32,000 nucleotides of DNA, taken from NCBI RefSeq assembly GCF_000195955.2, contig NC_000962.3:3330001-3362000 (forward strand), read 5' to 3'. The DNA comes from Mycobacterium tuberculosis H37Rv (GTDB taxonomy: Bacteria > Actinomycetota > Actinomycetes > Mycobacteriales > Mycobacteriaceae). How positions within the stretch are numbered: position 1 is the stretch's first letter; the number at the start of each line of letters is the position of its first letter. Below are positions 18,805 through 27,601 of this stretch, one piece after another. The position numbers and the translations under genes are program-made. Under the pieces are notes generated by a model. It did no database searches. It was not told where the DNA came from and worked only from the letters and a program-made list of their open reading frames with translations.

Positions 18805-20277
18805 TCACGCGTGCCCGACCAGCTGGCGCGCCGCGCGCAGCCGCTGCATGCTGCGGTCACGACCGAGCAGCTCCAGCGATTCAAACAACGGCGGGCTGAC
18901 GGTCGTGCCGGTGGCGGCCACCCGGATGGGGCTGAACGCCTTGCGGGGTTTGAGCGCCAAACCTTCGATCAAGGCGTCCTTAAGGGCCGCCTCGATCAGG
19001 GGTGCCGTCCAGTCCGTCACACTTGTCAGCGCGGCCAGGGCCGCGTCGAGCACCGCGGCCCCGTCTGGGCCTAGCTCCTTGGCCGCGGCCTTGGGATCGA
19101 TCACATACTGATCGTCGTTGAAGAACTTCAACAGCTCCCACGCGTCACCGAGCACCACGATGCGGGTCTGCACCAACTCGGCGGCGGCGGCGAATGCCGC
19201 CTCATCCAACGCGATGTGATGGCCGTGGGTATCCAGATGGTCGCGCAGCCTGACCGTGAAGTCGCCCACGTCGAGCATCCGGATGTGCTCGGCGTTCAGC
19301 GCGTCGGCCTTCTTCTGGTCGAACCGGGCCGGGCTGGAGTTGACGTCGGCAACGTCGAACGCGGCCACCATCTCGTCGAGACCGAACAGGTCGTGGTCGT
19401 CGGCTATGGACCAGCCGAGCAACGCGAGGTAGTTCAGCAGGCCTTCGGGGATGAACCCGCGGTCGCGGTGGGCAAACAGGTTCGACTGCGGATCGCGCTT
19501 CGAGAGCTTCTTGGTGCCCTCCCCCAAGACCGTTGGGAGGTGCGCGAATTTCGGAATCCGCTCAGCTACCCCGATCCTGATCAACGCCTGATGTAGCGCC
19601 AGCTGGCGCGGCGTCGACGGCAGCAGGTCCTCGCCACGCAACACATGGGTGATCTTCATCAGCGCGTCGTCGCACGGGTTGACCAAGGTGTATAACGGAT
19701 CACCGCTGGCTCGGGTCAACGCGAAGTCGGGTACGGAGCCAGCCGCGAACGTCACGGGCCCGCGCACCAGGTCATTCCAAGCGAGGTCGTCATCGGGCAT
19801 CCGCAGCCGCACCACCGGCTGGCGGCCCTCCGCCAGGTACGCCGCACGCTGCGCGTCGGTCAAGTGACGATCGAAATTGTCGTAACCCAGCTTGGGATTG
19901 CGCCCGGCCGCGACATGACGGGCCTCCACTTCCTCGGGTGTGGAGAAAGCGTGGTAGGCCTCGCCCGCGGCGAGCAGTCGGGCGAGCACGTCACGGTAGA
20001 TTTCGGCGCGCTGCGACTGCCGGTACGGCCCGTACGGCCCACCCACCTCGGGCCCCTCATCCCAATCCAGGCCAAGCCAGCGCAGCGCGTCCAGCAGCGC
20101 CAGATAGCTTTCCTCGCTGTCGCGTTGGGCGTCGGTGTCCTCGATGCGGAACACGAAGGTGCCACCGGTGTGCCGGGCGTAGGCCCAGTTGAACAGCGCG
20201 GTGCGGACCAGACCGACGTGCGGAGTTCCGGTGGGTGAAGGGCAGAATCGGACCCGGACTGTTTCCGTGGCGGTCAC
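18805..20277 (-). CDS. gltX: glutamyl-tRNA synthetase
   Basis: A 490-aa ORF of class I aaRS type, with a HIGH-type motif ([19 protein letters not shown]) and a KMSKS-type motif (KLSKR). The GTG start overlaps the upstream gene's stop (GTGA). Confidence 0.96.
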   Translation of the reverse strand: MTATETVRVRFCPSPTGTPHVGLVRTALFNWAYARHTGGTFVFRIEDTDAQRDSEESYLALLDALRWLGLDWDEGPEVGGPYGPYRQSQRAEIYRDVLARLLAAGEAYHAFSTPEEVEARHVAAGRNPKLGYDNFDRHLTDAQRAAYLAEGRQPVVRLRMPDDDLAWNDLVRGPVTFAAGSVPDFALTRASGDPLYTLVNPCDDALMKITHVLRGEDLLPSTPRQLALHQALIRIGVAERIPKFAHLPTVLGEGTKKLSKRDPQSNLFAHRDRGFIPEGLLNYLALLGWSIADDHDLFGLDEMVAAFDVADVNSSPARFDQKKADALNAEHIRMLDVGDFTVRLRDHLDTHGHHIALDEAAFAAAAELVQTRIVVLGDAWELLKFFNDDQYVIDPKAAAKELGPDGAAVLDAALAALTSVTDWTAPLIEAALKDALIEGLALKPRKAFSPIRVAATGTTVSPPLFESLELLGRDRSMQRLRAARQLVGHA

Positions 20278-21071
20278 GGCTTTCCTTTGCGGACTACGGG
20301 ATTGGTGAGGGTGCCGATTCCCTCGATGGTGATCGAGACGGTGTCGCCGTCCTCGATGGGACCGACTCCCGCGGGTGTGCCGGTGAGGATGAGATCACCT
20401 GGCAGCAAGGTCATTATCGCCGAGATCCATTCCACGATGGCGCCGATGTCATGGATCATCAGCGAGGTGCGGGCGTGCTGTTTGACGTCGCCGTTGACGA
20501 CGGTGCGCAGCTCGAGATCGGCCGGGTCAAAGGGAGCGAGGTCGGTGACGATCCACGGCCCGACCGGGCAGAAGGTGTCGTGCCCCTTGGCTCGCGTCCA
20601 CTGACCGTCGGATTGCTGCTGATCGCGGGCCGACACGTCATTGCCGATGGTGTAGCCGAGGATATTGTCGACGGCCTGGGCGGCCGGGACATCCTTGCAC
20701 GCCCGGCCGATCACGATCGCCAGCTCACCCTCGAAGTGCACCGGTGATGCGTTGGCGGGCAATCGAATTGGCGTATTCGGACCGATGATCGCGGTGTTGG
20801 GCTTGAGGAATATCACCGGGTCTGCCGGCGGCCGGCCACCCATTTCGGCGATGTGATCGGCATAGTTCTTCCCGACACAGACCACCTTGCTCGCCAGTAT
20901 CGGAGCCAGCAGGCGAACGTCGGCCAGCGGCCAGGAGCGTCCGGTGAAGGTCGGCGTACCGAACGGGTGCTCGGCGATCTCGCGGGCCGTCATCTCACTC
21001 GGCTCGCCCAGCTCGCCGTCGATGCTGGCAAAAGCGACACCGTCCGGGCTGGCGATTCGACCGATACGCAT
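20274..21071 (-). CDS. fumarylacetoacetate hydrolase (FAH) family protein (HpcE/oxaloacetate-decarboxylase-like)
   Basis: 265 aa from ATG 21071 ([11 protein letters not shown]..), with FAH motifs ([44 protein letters not shown]). The track ORF's extra 42 codons read through the 56-bp repeat and were discarded. Confidence 0.85.
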   Translation of the reverse strand: MRIGRIASPDGVAFASIDGELGEPSEMTAREIAEHPFGTPTFTGRSWPLADVRLLAPILASKVVCVGKNYADHIAEMGGRPPADPVIFLKPNTAIIGPNTPIRLPANASPVHFEGELAIVIGRACKDVPAAQAVDNILGYTIGNDVSARDQQQSDGQWTRAKGHDTFCPVGPWIVTDLAPFDPADLELRTVVNGDVKQHARTSLMIHDIGAIVEWISAIMTLLPGDLILTGTPAGVGPIEDGDTVSITIEGIGTLTNPVVRKGKP

Positions 21072-21074
21072 TTG

Positions 21075-21214
21075 GATGAGCTTAGCCGGGCCCTGCCGGG
21101 CGACGATTCGGGCCGGCACGGCCCGATGAGGAGCCCGGCAATCAGACCCTGCCGGGCGACGATTCGGGCCGGCACGGCCCGATGAGGAGCCCGGCAATCA
21201 GACCCTGCCGGGCG
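21075..21214. repeat. MIRU-like tandem repeat with a 56-bp unit: two full copies plus partial flanking copies
   Basis: ccctgccgggcgacgattcgggccggcacggcccgatgaggagcccggcaatcaga occurs at 21091 and 21147 and the two copies are identical. A truncated third start lies at 21203 and a partial unit tail (gatgag..) at 21075-21090. The array lies between the divergent FAH and MFS genes. Confidence 0.9.
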
Positions 21215-21268
21215 CTGCGGGCCCTCACCATCGGGCCCCGTGCCGGGTGACTGTGCCAGCATGGGTGG

Positions 21269-22606
21269 ATGTCGCGAGATCCGACTGGGGTGGGTGCGCG
21301 CTGGGCGATCATGATCGTCTCGCTGGGGGTGACCGCAAGCTCGTTTCTCTTCATCAACGGTGTCGCGTTCTTGATCCCCCGGCTGGAAAATGCGCGCGGA
21401 ACCCCGCTATCTCACGCGGGTCTGTTGGCGTCGATGCCCAGCTGGGGCCTGGTGGTCACGATGTTCGCCTGGGGCTATCTGCTCGATCACGTCGGCGAAC
21501 GGATGGTGATGGCCGTGGGCTCGGCGCTGACCGCCGCGGCCGCCTACGCCGCGGCATCGGTTCATTCGCTGCTGTGGATCGGTGTCTTCCTGTTTCTCGG
21601 CGGCATGGCCGCCGGTGGTTGCAACAGCGCCGGCGGGCGGCTGGTCTCGGGTTGGTTCCCGCCCCAGCAACGCGGTCTGGCCATGGGAATCCGCCAGACC
21701 GCACAACCTTTGGGCATCGCCTCCGGCGCGTTGGTGATACCCGAACTGGCCGAACGCGGGGTGCACGCAGGGCTGATGTTTCCCGCCGTCGTGTGCACGT
21801 TGGCCGCGGTGGCCAGCGTGCTCGGTATCGTCGACCCACCGCGAAAATCCCGCACGAAAGCCTCCGAACAGGAGCTGGCCAGCCCTTATCGGGGATCGTC
21901 GATCCTGTGGCGGATACACGCGGCGTCGGCGTTGCTGATGATGCCGCAGACGGTGACCGTGACGTTCATGTTGGTCTGGCTGATCAACCACCACGGCTGG
22001 TCGGTCGCGCAGGCCGGTGTCTTGGTGACCATATCGCAGCTGCTGGGGGCGCTGGGCCGGGTCGCGGTCGGCCGCTGGTCGGACCATGTCGGGTCACGCA
22101 TGCGTCCCGTCCGCCTGATCGCCGCTGCCGCCGCGGCGACGTTGTTTCTGCTCGCGGCGGTCGATAACGAGGGCTCGAGATATGACGTGCTGCTCATGAT
22201 CGCCATCTCGGTGATCGCCGTTCTGGACAACGGGCTAGAAGCCACCGCGATCACCGAGTACGCCGGACCGTACTGGAGTGGCCGGGCGCTGGGTATCCAG
22301 AACACTACGCAGCGGCTGATGGCGGCCGCCGGACCCCCACTGTTCGGTAGTTTGATCACCACGGCGGCCTACCCGACGGCATGGGCCTTATGCGGTGTGT
22401 TCCCGCTGGCCGCGGTGCCGCTGGTGCCGGTTCGGCTGCTCCCACCCGGCTTGGAGACTAGAGCGCGGCGGCAATCCGTTCGCCGACATCGCTGGTGGCA
22501 AGCCGTTCGCTGCCACGCGTGGCCAAATGGGCCTCGACGGCCCGGTCCACCCGGGCAGCCGCGTCGTGTTCGCCAAGGTGGGACAGCAATAACGCCACCG
22601 ACATGA
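21269..22606 (+). CDS. MFS-type integral membrane transporter
   Basis: A 445-aa ORF with about 12 hydrophobic segments and an MFS loop motif ([16 protein letters not shown]). The last ~50 codons are Arg/Pro-rich and are encoded antisense to the leuB 3' end. Confidence 0.85.
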
Positions 22607-23468
22607 TCGCCGCCGTCGGGTCGGCGATGCCCTGACCGGCGATGTCCGGCGCGCTGCCATGCACCGGCTCGAACATCGACGGGTTGGCCCGGGTCGCGTC
22701 GATATTCCCACTGGCCGCCAAGCCGATACCGCCACATACCGCCGCGGCCAGATCGGTGATGATGTCGCCGAACAGGTTGTCGGTGACGATCACGTCGAAG
22801 CGACCCGGGTCGGTGATCATGTGGATGGTGGCGGCGTCGACGTGCTGGTAGGCCACCTCGACGTCCGGGTAGCATTCGCCGACCTCGTCGACGGTCCGCA
22901 ACCACAATCCCCCGGCGAAGGTCAACACGTTCGTTTTGTGCACCAATGTCAGATGCTTGCGACGCCGTCGAGCCCGCTCGAACGCGTCGGCAACCACACG
23001 CCGCACACCGAACGCGGTGTTCACGCTGACTTCGGTGGCCACCTCGTTGGGCGTGCCGACGCGAATCGCCCCGCCGTTGCCGGTGTAGGGTCCCTCGGTG
23101 CCCTCGCGCACCACCACGAAGTCGATGCCGGGATTGCCGGACAGCGGGCTGGCCACCCCCGGATACAGCCGGGCCGGACGCAGGTTGATGTGGTGATCCA
23201 GCTCGAAGCGCAGTCGCAGCAACAGACCGCGCTCCAAGACGCCGCTTGGCACCGACGGGTCACCGATCGCCCCGAGCAGGATCGCGTCGTGGTTGCGCAG
23301 CTCGGCCACCACCGAGTCCGGCAGCACCTCGCCGGTGGCATGAAAGCGCCGCGCACCCAGGTCATAGCTGGTTTTCTGGACGCCCGGCACAACCGCGTCG
23401 AGCACTTTGACCGCCTCGGCGGTTACCTCGGGCCCGATCCCGTCACCGGCAATGATCGCGAGTTTCAT
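22458..23468 (-). CDS. leuB: 3-isopropylmalate dehydrogenase
   Basis: 336 aa from ATG 23468 ([15 protein letters not shown]). It belongs to the IPMDH family ([26 protein letters not shown]). An alternative GTG at 23486 overlaps the serA1 stop (GTGA). Confidence 0.95.
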
Positions 23469-23482
23469 CGGCGTGGAAGGGC

Positions 23483-25069
23483 TCACGACAGATCGACAAC
23501 CTCGAGCTTGTAGGCGTCCACCGCCGCCGCGATCGCCGTCCGCACGTCGTCGGGCACGTCTTGGTCCAGCCGCAGCAGAATCGTCGCGCCCGGGCCTTCG
23601 GCGTCTTCGGAGAGCTGCGCGGCCTGGATATTCACCCCGGCCGTCCCCAGCAACGTGCCGATCTTGCCCAGCGCTCCCGGCCGGTCGACGTAGTGGATGA
23701 TCAGGTTGATCCCCTGGGCGCGCAGATCAAAGTGGCGGCCGTTGATCTGCACGATCTTCTGCGACAGCTGTGGGCCATACAGCGTGCCCGAGACGGTCAC
23801 CACCGAACCGTCCGCGCCGACCGCGCGAACGTCGACGACGCTGCGGTGGTTGGGGCTTTCCGAGGCCTTACAGATCTCGGCGGTGACGCCACGTTCGGCG
23901 GCCAATGCCGGTGCGTTGACAAATGTCACCGCATCCTCGATCACCGCCGAGAACAGGCCGCGCAGCGCCGAAAGGCGCAGCACCTCAACCTCTTCGGCGG
24001 CCAGCTCACCGCGCACCTGCACCGACAACGACACCGGCAGTTCGTCGGACAACACACCCGCCAGCACGCCGAGCTTACGCACCAGATCCAGCCAGGGCGC
24101 CACCTCCTCGTTGACCACTCCGCCGCCGACGTTGACCGCGTCGGGCACGAATTCCCCTGCCAGGGCCAGCCGCACGCTCTCGGCGACGTCGGTGCCCGCC
24201 CGGTCCTGCGCCTCCGCGGTGGACGCACCCAGATGCGGTGTGACCACCACCTGTGCCAGCTCGAACAGCGGGCTGTCGGTGCACGGTTCGGTGGCGAACA
24301 CGTCCAGACCGGCCGCCCGCACGTGGCCGCCGGTGATCGCGTCGGCCAGTGCCGCCTCGTCCACCAGGCCGCCGCGCGCGGCGTTGACGATGATGACGCC
24401 CGGCTTGGTCTTCGCCAGCGCCTCCTTGTCGATCAGTCCCGCCGTCTCCGGTGTTTTCGGTAGGTGCACCGAGATGAAATCGGCGCGGGCCAGCAGGTCG
24501 TCCAGGGACAGCAGTTCGATGCCCAGCTGCGCCGCACGGGCCGGCGAAACGTACGGGTCATAGGCGACGACGTAAGCGCCGAACGCAGCGATCCGCTGGG
24601 CGACCAACTGCCCGATGCGGCCCAGACCCACCACGCCGACGGTTTTGCCGAAGATCTCGGTACCGGAAAACGACGAACGCTTCCAGGTGTGCTCGCGCAG
24701 CGACGCGTCGGCCGCCGGAATCTGGCGTGAGGCGGCCAGCAGCAGCGCCAGCGCATGCTCCGCGGCGCTGTGGATGTTCGACGTCGGGGCGTTGACCACC
24801 AGCACGCCGCGGGCCGTCGCGGCGTCCACGTCGACGTTGTCCAGCCCGACGCCGGCGCGCGCGACGATCTTGAGCTTGGGGGCGGCGGCCAGCACCTCGG
24901 CGTCAACCGTGGTGGCCGATCGCACCAGCAGCGCGTCCGCTTCGGGCACCGCGGCCAGCAGCTTGTCTCGGTCCGGACCGTCAACCCAGCGCACCTCGAC
25001 CTGATCTCCCAAGGCGGCAACCGTTGATGGGGCAAGTTTGTCGGCGATCAACACAACAGGCAGGCTCAC
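23483..25069 (-). CDS. serA1: D-3-phosphoglycerate dehydrogenase (long type, with ASB and ACT domains)
   Basis: A 528-aa ORF with the NAD motif ([13 protein letters not shown]), a catalytic region and a C-terminal ACT domain. It starts with GTG at 25069. Confidence 0.96.
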
Positions 25070-25086
25070 GCCGATAGCGTATCGGC
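25070..25086. promoter_or_regulatory. perfect 17-bp palindrome (GCCGATA-GCG-TATCGGC) inside the 29-bp gap between divergent serA1 and the oxidoreductase gene
   Basis: This was read directly from the sequence. It abuts the serA1 GTG and contains mirrored TANNNT hexamers (TAGCGT and TACGCT). TACGCT lies 6 nt from the serA1 GTG, and TGTAAT lies 6 nt from the GTG at 25099. Confidence 0.45.
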
Positions 25087-25098
25087 TGTAATTGACGA

Positions 25099-26541
25099 GT
25101 GGACGTCACCGTCGTCGGCAGCGGACCCAACGGGCTCGCCACGGCCGTCATCTGCGCCCGCGCGGGCCTGAACGTGCAGGTCGTCGAGGCCCAGGCGACC
25201 TTCGGCGGCGGCGCCCGCAGCGCGGCCGACTTCGAATTTCCCGAAGTTTTACACGACGTGTGCTCCGCGGTGCATCCGCTTGCTTTGGCGTCGCCGTTTT
25301 TCGCCGAATTCGACCTACCCGCGCGCGGAGTGACGCTGACCGTGCCCGACATCGCCTACGCCAACCCGCTACCCGGGCGGCCCGCGGCGATCGCCTATCA
25401 CGATCTGGCGCACACCTGCGCCAAGCTGGACGACGGCGCGTCCTGGCGGCGCCTGCTGGGCCCGTTGGTGGCGCACTCGGAGACGGTCGTGGAGTTCATG
25501 CTCTCCGACAAGCGGTCTTTGCCTACTGCACTGGGCTCGGTCCTGCGTCTCGGGCTGCGGATGCTGGCCCAGGGCACCCCTGCCTGGCGGTCGCTGGCGG
25601 GCGAGGATGCCCGCGCGTTGTTCACCGGCGTTGCCGCCCACGCGATTTCACCGTTGCCGTCACTGGTGTCGGCCGGCGCCGGACTGATGCTGGCAACGCT
25701 GGCCCATTCGGTCGGCTGGCCGATTCCGGTGGGCGGCACCCAGGCGATAGCCGACGCGCTGATCGCCGATCTACGCGCGCATGGTGGTCGGCTCGCGGCC
25801 GGTGTCGAGATCACCGAACCGCAAAGAAGTGTGGTCGTCTTCGACACCGCACCCACCGCCCTGCTGCGGGTTTACCGCGACAAGCTTCCACATCGGTATG
25901 CCAAAGCATTGCGCCGCTATCGATTTCGCGCTGGCATCGCCAAGGTGGACTTCGTGCTCAGCGACGAGATCCCGTGGTCGGATCCGCGGCTGCGGCGGGC
26001 TGCGACCCTGCATCTCGGCGGCACCCGTGACCAGATGGCGCGCGCCGAGGCAGACGTCGCGGCGGGACGCCACGCCGACTGGCCGATGGTGCTGGCCGCG
26101 TGTCCGCACGTCGCCGACCCCGGCCGCATCGACGAAACCGGCCGCCGTCCGTTCTGGACCTATGCCCACGTGCCGTCGGGGTCCACGCTCGACGCGACCG
26201 AGACCGTAACCAGCGTCCTCGAGCGGTTCGCCCCCGGCTTCCGTGACATCGTGGTGGCGGCCCGCGCCGTGCCCGCCGCGCGGATGGCCGACCACAACGC
26301 CAACTACGTCGGCGGTGACATCACGGTCGGCGCCAACTCGACCTGGCGCGCGATCGCCGGCCCCACCCCGCGGTTGAATCCCTGGCGCACACCGATTCCC
26401 AAGGTGTACCTGTGTTCTGCGGCGACTCCGCCCGGCGCCGGCGTGCACGGCATGTGCGGCTGGTATGCCGCTCGAACGCTGTTGCGCACCGAGTTCGGCA
26501 TCACCCGCATGCCCCCTTTGGGCCATGAGCTGAGGCCATAA
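25099..26541 (+). CDS. FAD/NAD(P)-dependent oxidoreductase, phytoene-desaturase-like
   Basis: A 480-aa ORF starting at GTG. It has an N-terminal dinucleotide-binding motif (VDVTVVGSGPNGLATAV) and a C-terminal motif (GGD..YLCSAATPPGAGVHG) typical of the CrtI-like amine oxidase family. Confidence 0.85.
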   Translation: MDVTVVGSGPNGLATAVICARAGLNVQVVEAQATFGGGARSAADFEFPEVLHDVCSAVHPLALASPFFAEFDLPARGVTLTVPDIAYANPLPGRPAAIAYHDLAHTCAKLDDGASWRRLLGPLVAHSETVVEFMLSDKRSLPTALGSVLRLGLRMLAQGTPAWRSLAGEDARALFTGVAAHAISPLPSLVSAGAGLMLATLAHSVGWPIPVGGTQAIADALIADLRAHGGRLAAGVEITEPQRSVVVFDTAPTALLRVYRDKLPHRYAKALRRYRFRAGIAKVDFVLSDEIPWSDPRLRRAATLHLGGTRDQMARAEADVAAGRHADWPMVLAACPHVADPGRIDETGRRPFWTYAHVPSGSTLDATETVTSVLERFAPGFRDIVVAARAVPAARMADHNANYVGGDITVGANSTWRAIAGPTPRLNPWRTPIPKVYLCSAATPPGAGVHGMCGWYAARTLLRTEFGITRMPPLGHELRP

Positions 26542-26732
26542 CGAAGCTTGCGATCATCGACTATTCGGAGGCGCGCCAGGCGGCAGCGGCGACAACCGGA
26601 ACGTCGGCACGGTGCTCAATCACGGGTGCACGGTGTGCATCAGAATGGCGGGGGTTCGTTGTCGCGGTGAGGCGTTCGGCGAGGAGGTAGTGTCTACCCC
26701 TTGCCCGCGGGTTCGTGCGGACTGAAGGGATT

Positions 26733-26933
26733 TCATTGGGAACCCACGGCTGCGTATCGCAGGGCCTCGGTGACGTCTGCTTCCTCAAGCTCAGGAAGTT
26801 CGGCGAGAATCTCGGTGGATGTCATTTGGTCCGCGACCATCGCGACCACAGTCGCCACTGGGATGCGCAAGCCCCGGATGCATGGCATGCCTCCCATCAC
26901 GTCGGGGTCGATGGTGACGCGGGTGACTCGCAT
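26733..26933 (-). CDS. DUF433 domain protein (small HTH-like, antitoxin-like family)
   Basis: 66 aa from ATG 26933: MRVTRVTIDPDVMGGMPCIRGLRIPVATVVAMVADQMTSTEILAELPELEEADVTEALRYAA. This matches the DUF433 pattern (IxxDPxxxxGxPcIrGTRIPV....Il..yP.L...di..AL.YA). The 124-aa track ORF has an implausible N-terminal extension. Confidence 0.8.
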   Translation of the reverse strand: MRVTRVTIDPDVMGGMPCIRGLRIPVATVVAMVADQMTSTEILAELPELEEADVTEALRYAAVGSQ

Positions 26934-26997
26934 GTCTATAAGGCTAGCCGGTGACAGCACGCTGGGGCGGTTCTCCACCAGCCGTCTTGGCTTAAGC

Positions 26998-27514
26998 TCA
27001 GCCAAGAGCAAGCCGGAGGGAGATTTCGGCACCGCCTGCGGCGCGGTTTCGGGCGGTGACGCTGGCGTGGTTGCGTTGGCTGAGGGTGTCGACGATGGCC
27101 AGTCCAAGCCCGGTGCCGCCGGTGGTGCGCGCGGTGTCGGTGGTTTCCGCGAGAGCCGAGCGGATTGCGGCGAGCAGTTCGGGGTTGCTTCGTGGACGCC
27201 GCAGGGCGAGTTCGAGTTCGGTGGTCAGGAGGCTAAGGGGGTGCGAAGTTCGTGGCCCGCATCGCTGACGAATTGACGTTCTCGCTCGAGCGCGTCTTGC
27301 AGCCGCTGCAGAAGGTCGTTGAATGTTGTTCCAAGATACCGGATTTCGTCTCGAGCCAGTGGCAATGGCAGACGGGCATGTGGGTCGGTGGCGCTGATGC
27401 CCGCGGCGCGGATGCGCATGCGTTCCACGGGTCGAAGAGCCGCGGCGGCCAGCAGATACGCGCCCAGGGCGTCGATGAGGACGTCTGGCCGTGCCCGGAT
27501 CGGTGCGATCGAGC
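26998..27514 (-). pseudogene. remnant of a sensor histidine kinase: TM2-HAMP-H-box, then a frameshift, an internal deletion and a terminal G2-box fragment
   Basis: Frame 1 (27225-27514) reads ..PDVLIDALGAYLLAAAALRPVERMRIRAAGISATDPHARLPLPLARDEIRYLGTTFNDLLQRLQDALERERQFVSDAGHELRTPLAS then a stop. Frame 2 continues PLSLLTTELELALRRPRSNPELLAAIRSALAET, then jumps directly to TTGGTGLGLAIVDTLSQRNHASVTARNRAAGGAEISLRLALG and a stop. The N and G1 boxes, and the N-terminal sensor with TM1, are absent. Confidence 0.8.
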
Positions 27515-27601
27515 TTCATCGTGGTTTCATAATCACCCGATAGACCATGGCTAACCGAACTGCCATCCACGCCGTGGATGCAACGGATGGAGGGAACGCG
27601 C

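Noticed and set aside
20274-21197. Full 307-aa version of the FAH-family ORF
   Set aside because: The extra 42 N-terminal codons read through the 56-bp tandem repeat and are Arg/Pro-rich. The family-typical N-terminus (MRIGRI..) starts at ATG 21071.
23561-25035. Multiple 200-300-aa ORFs on both strands inside serA1
   Set aside because: They are alternative frames of a gene with full-length D-3-phosphoglycerate dehydrogenase similarity, and their composition is typical of frame-shifted high-GC coding DNA.
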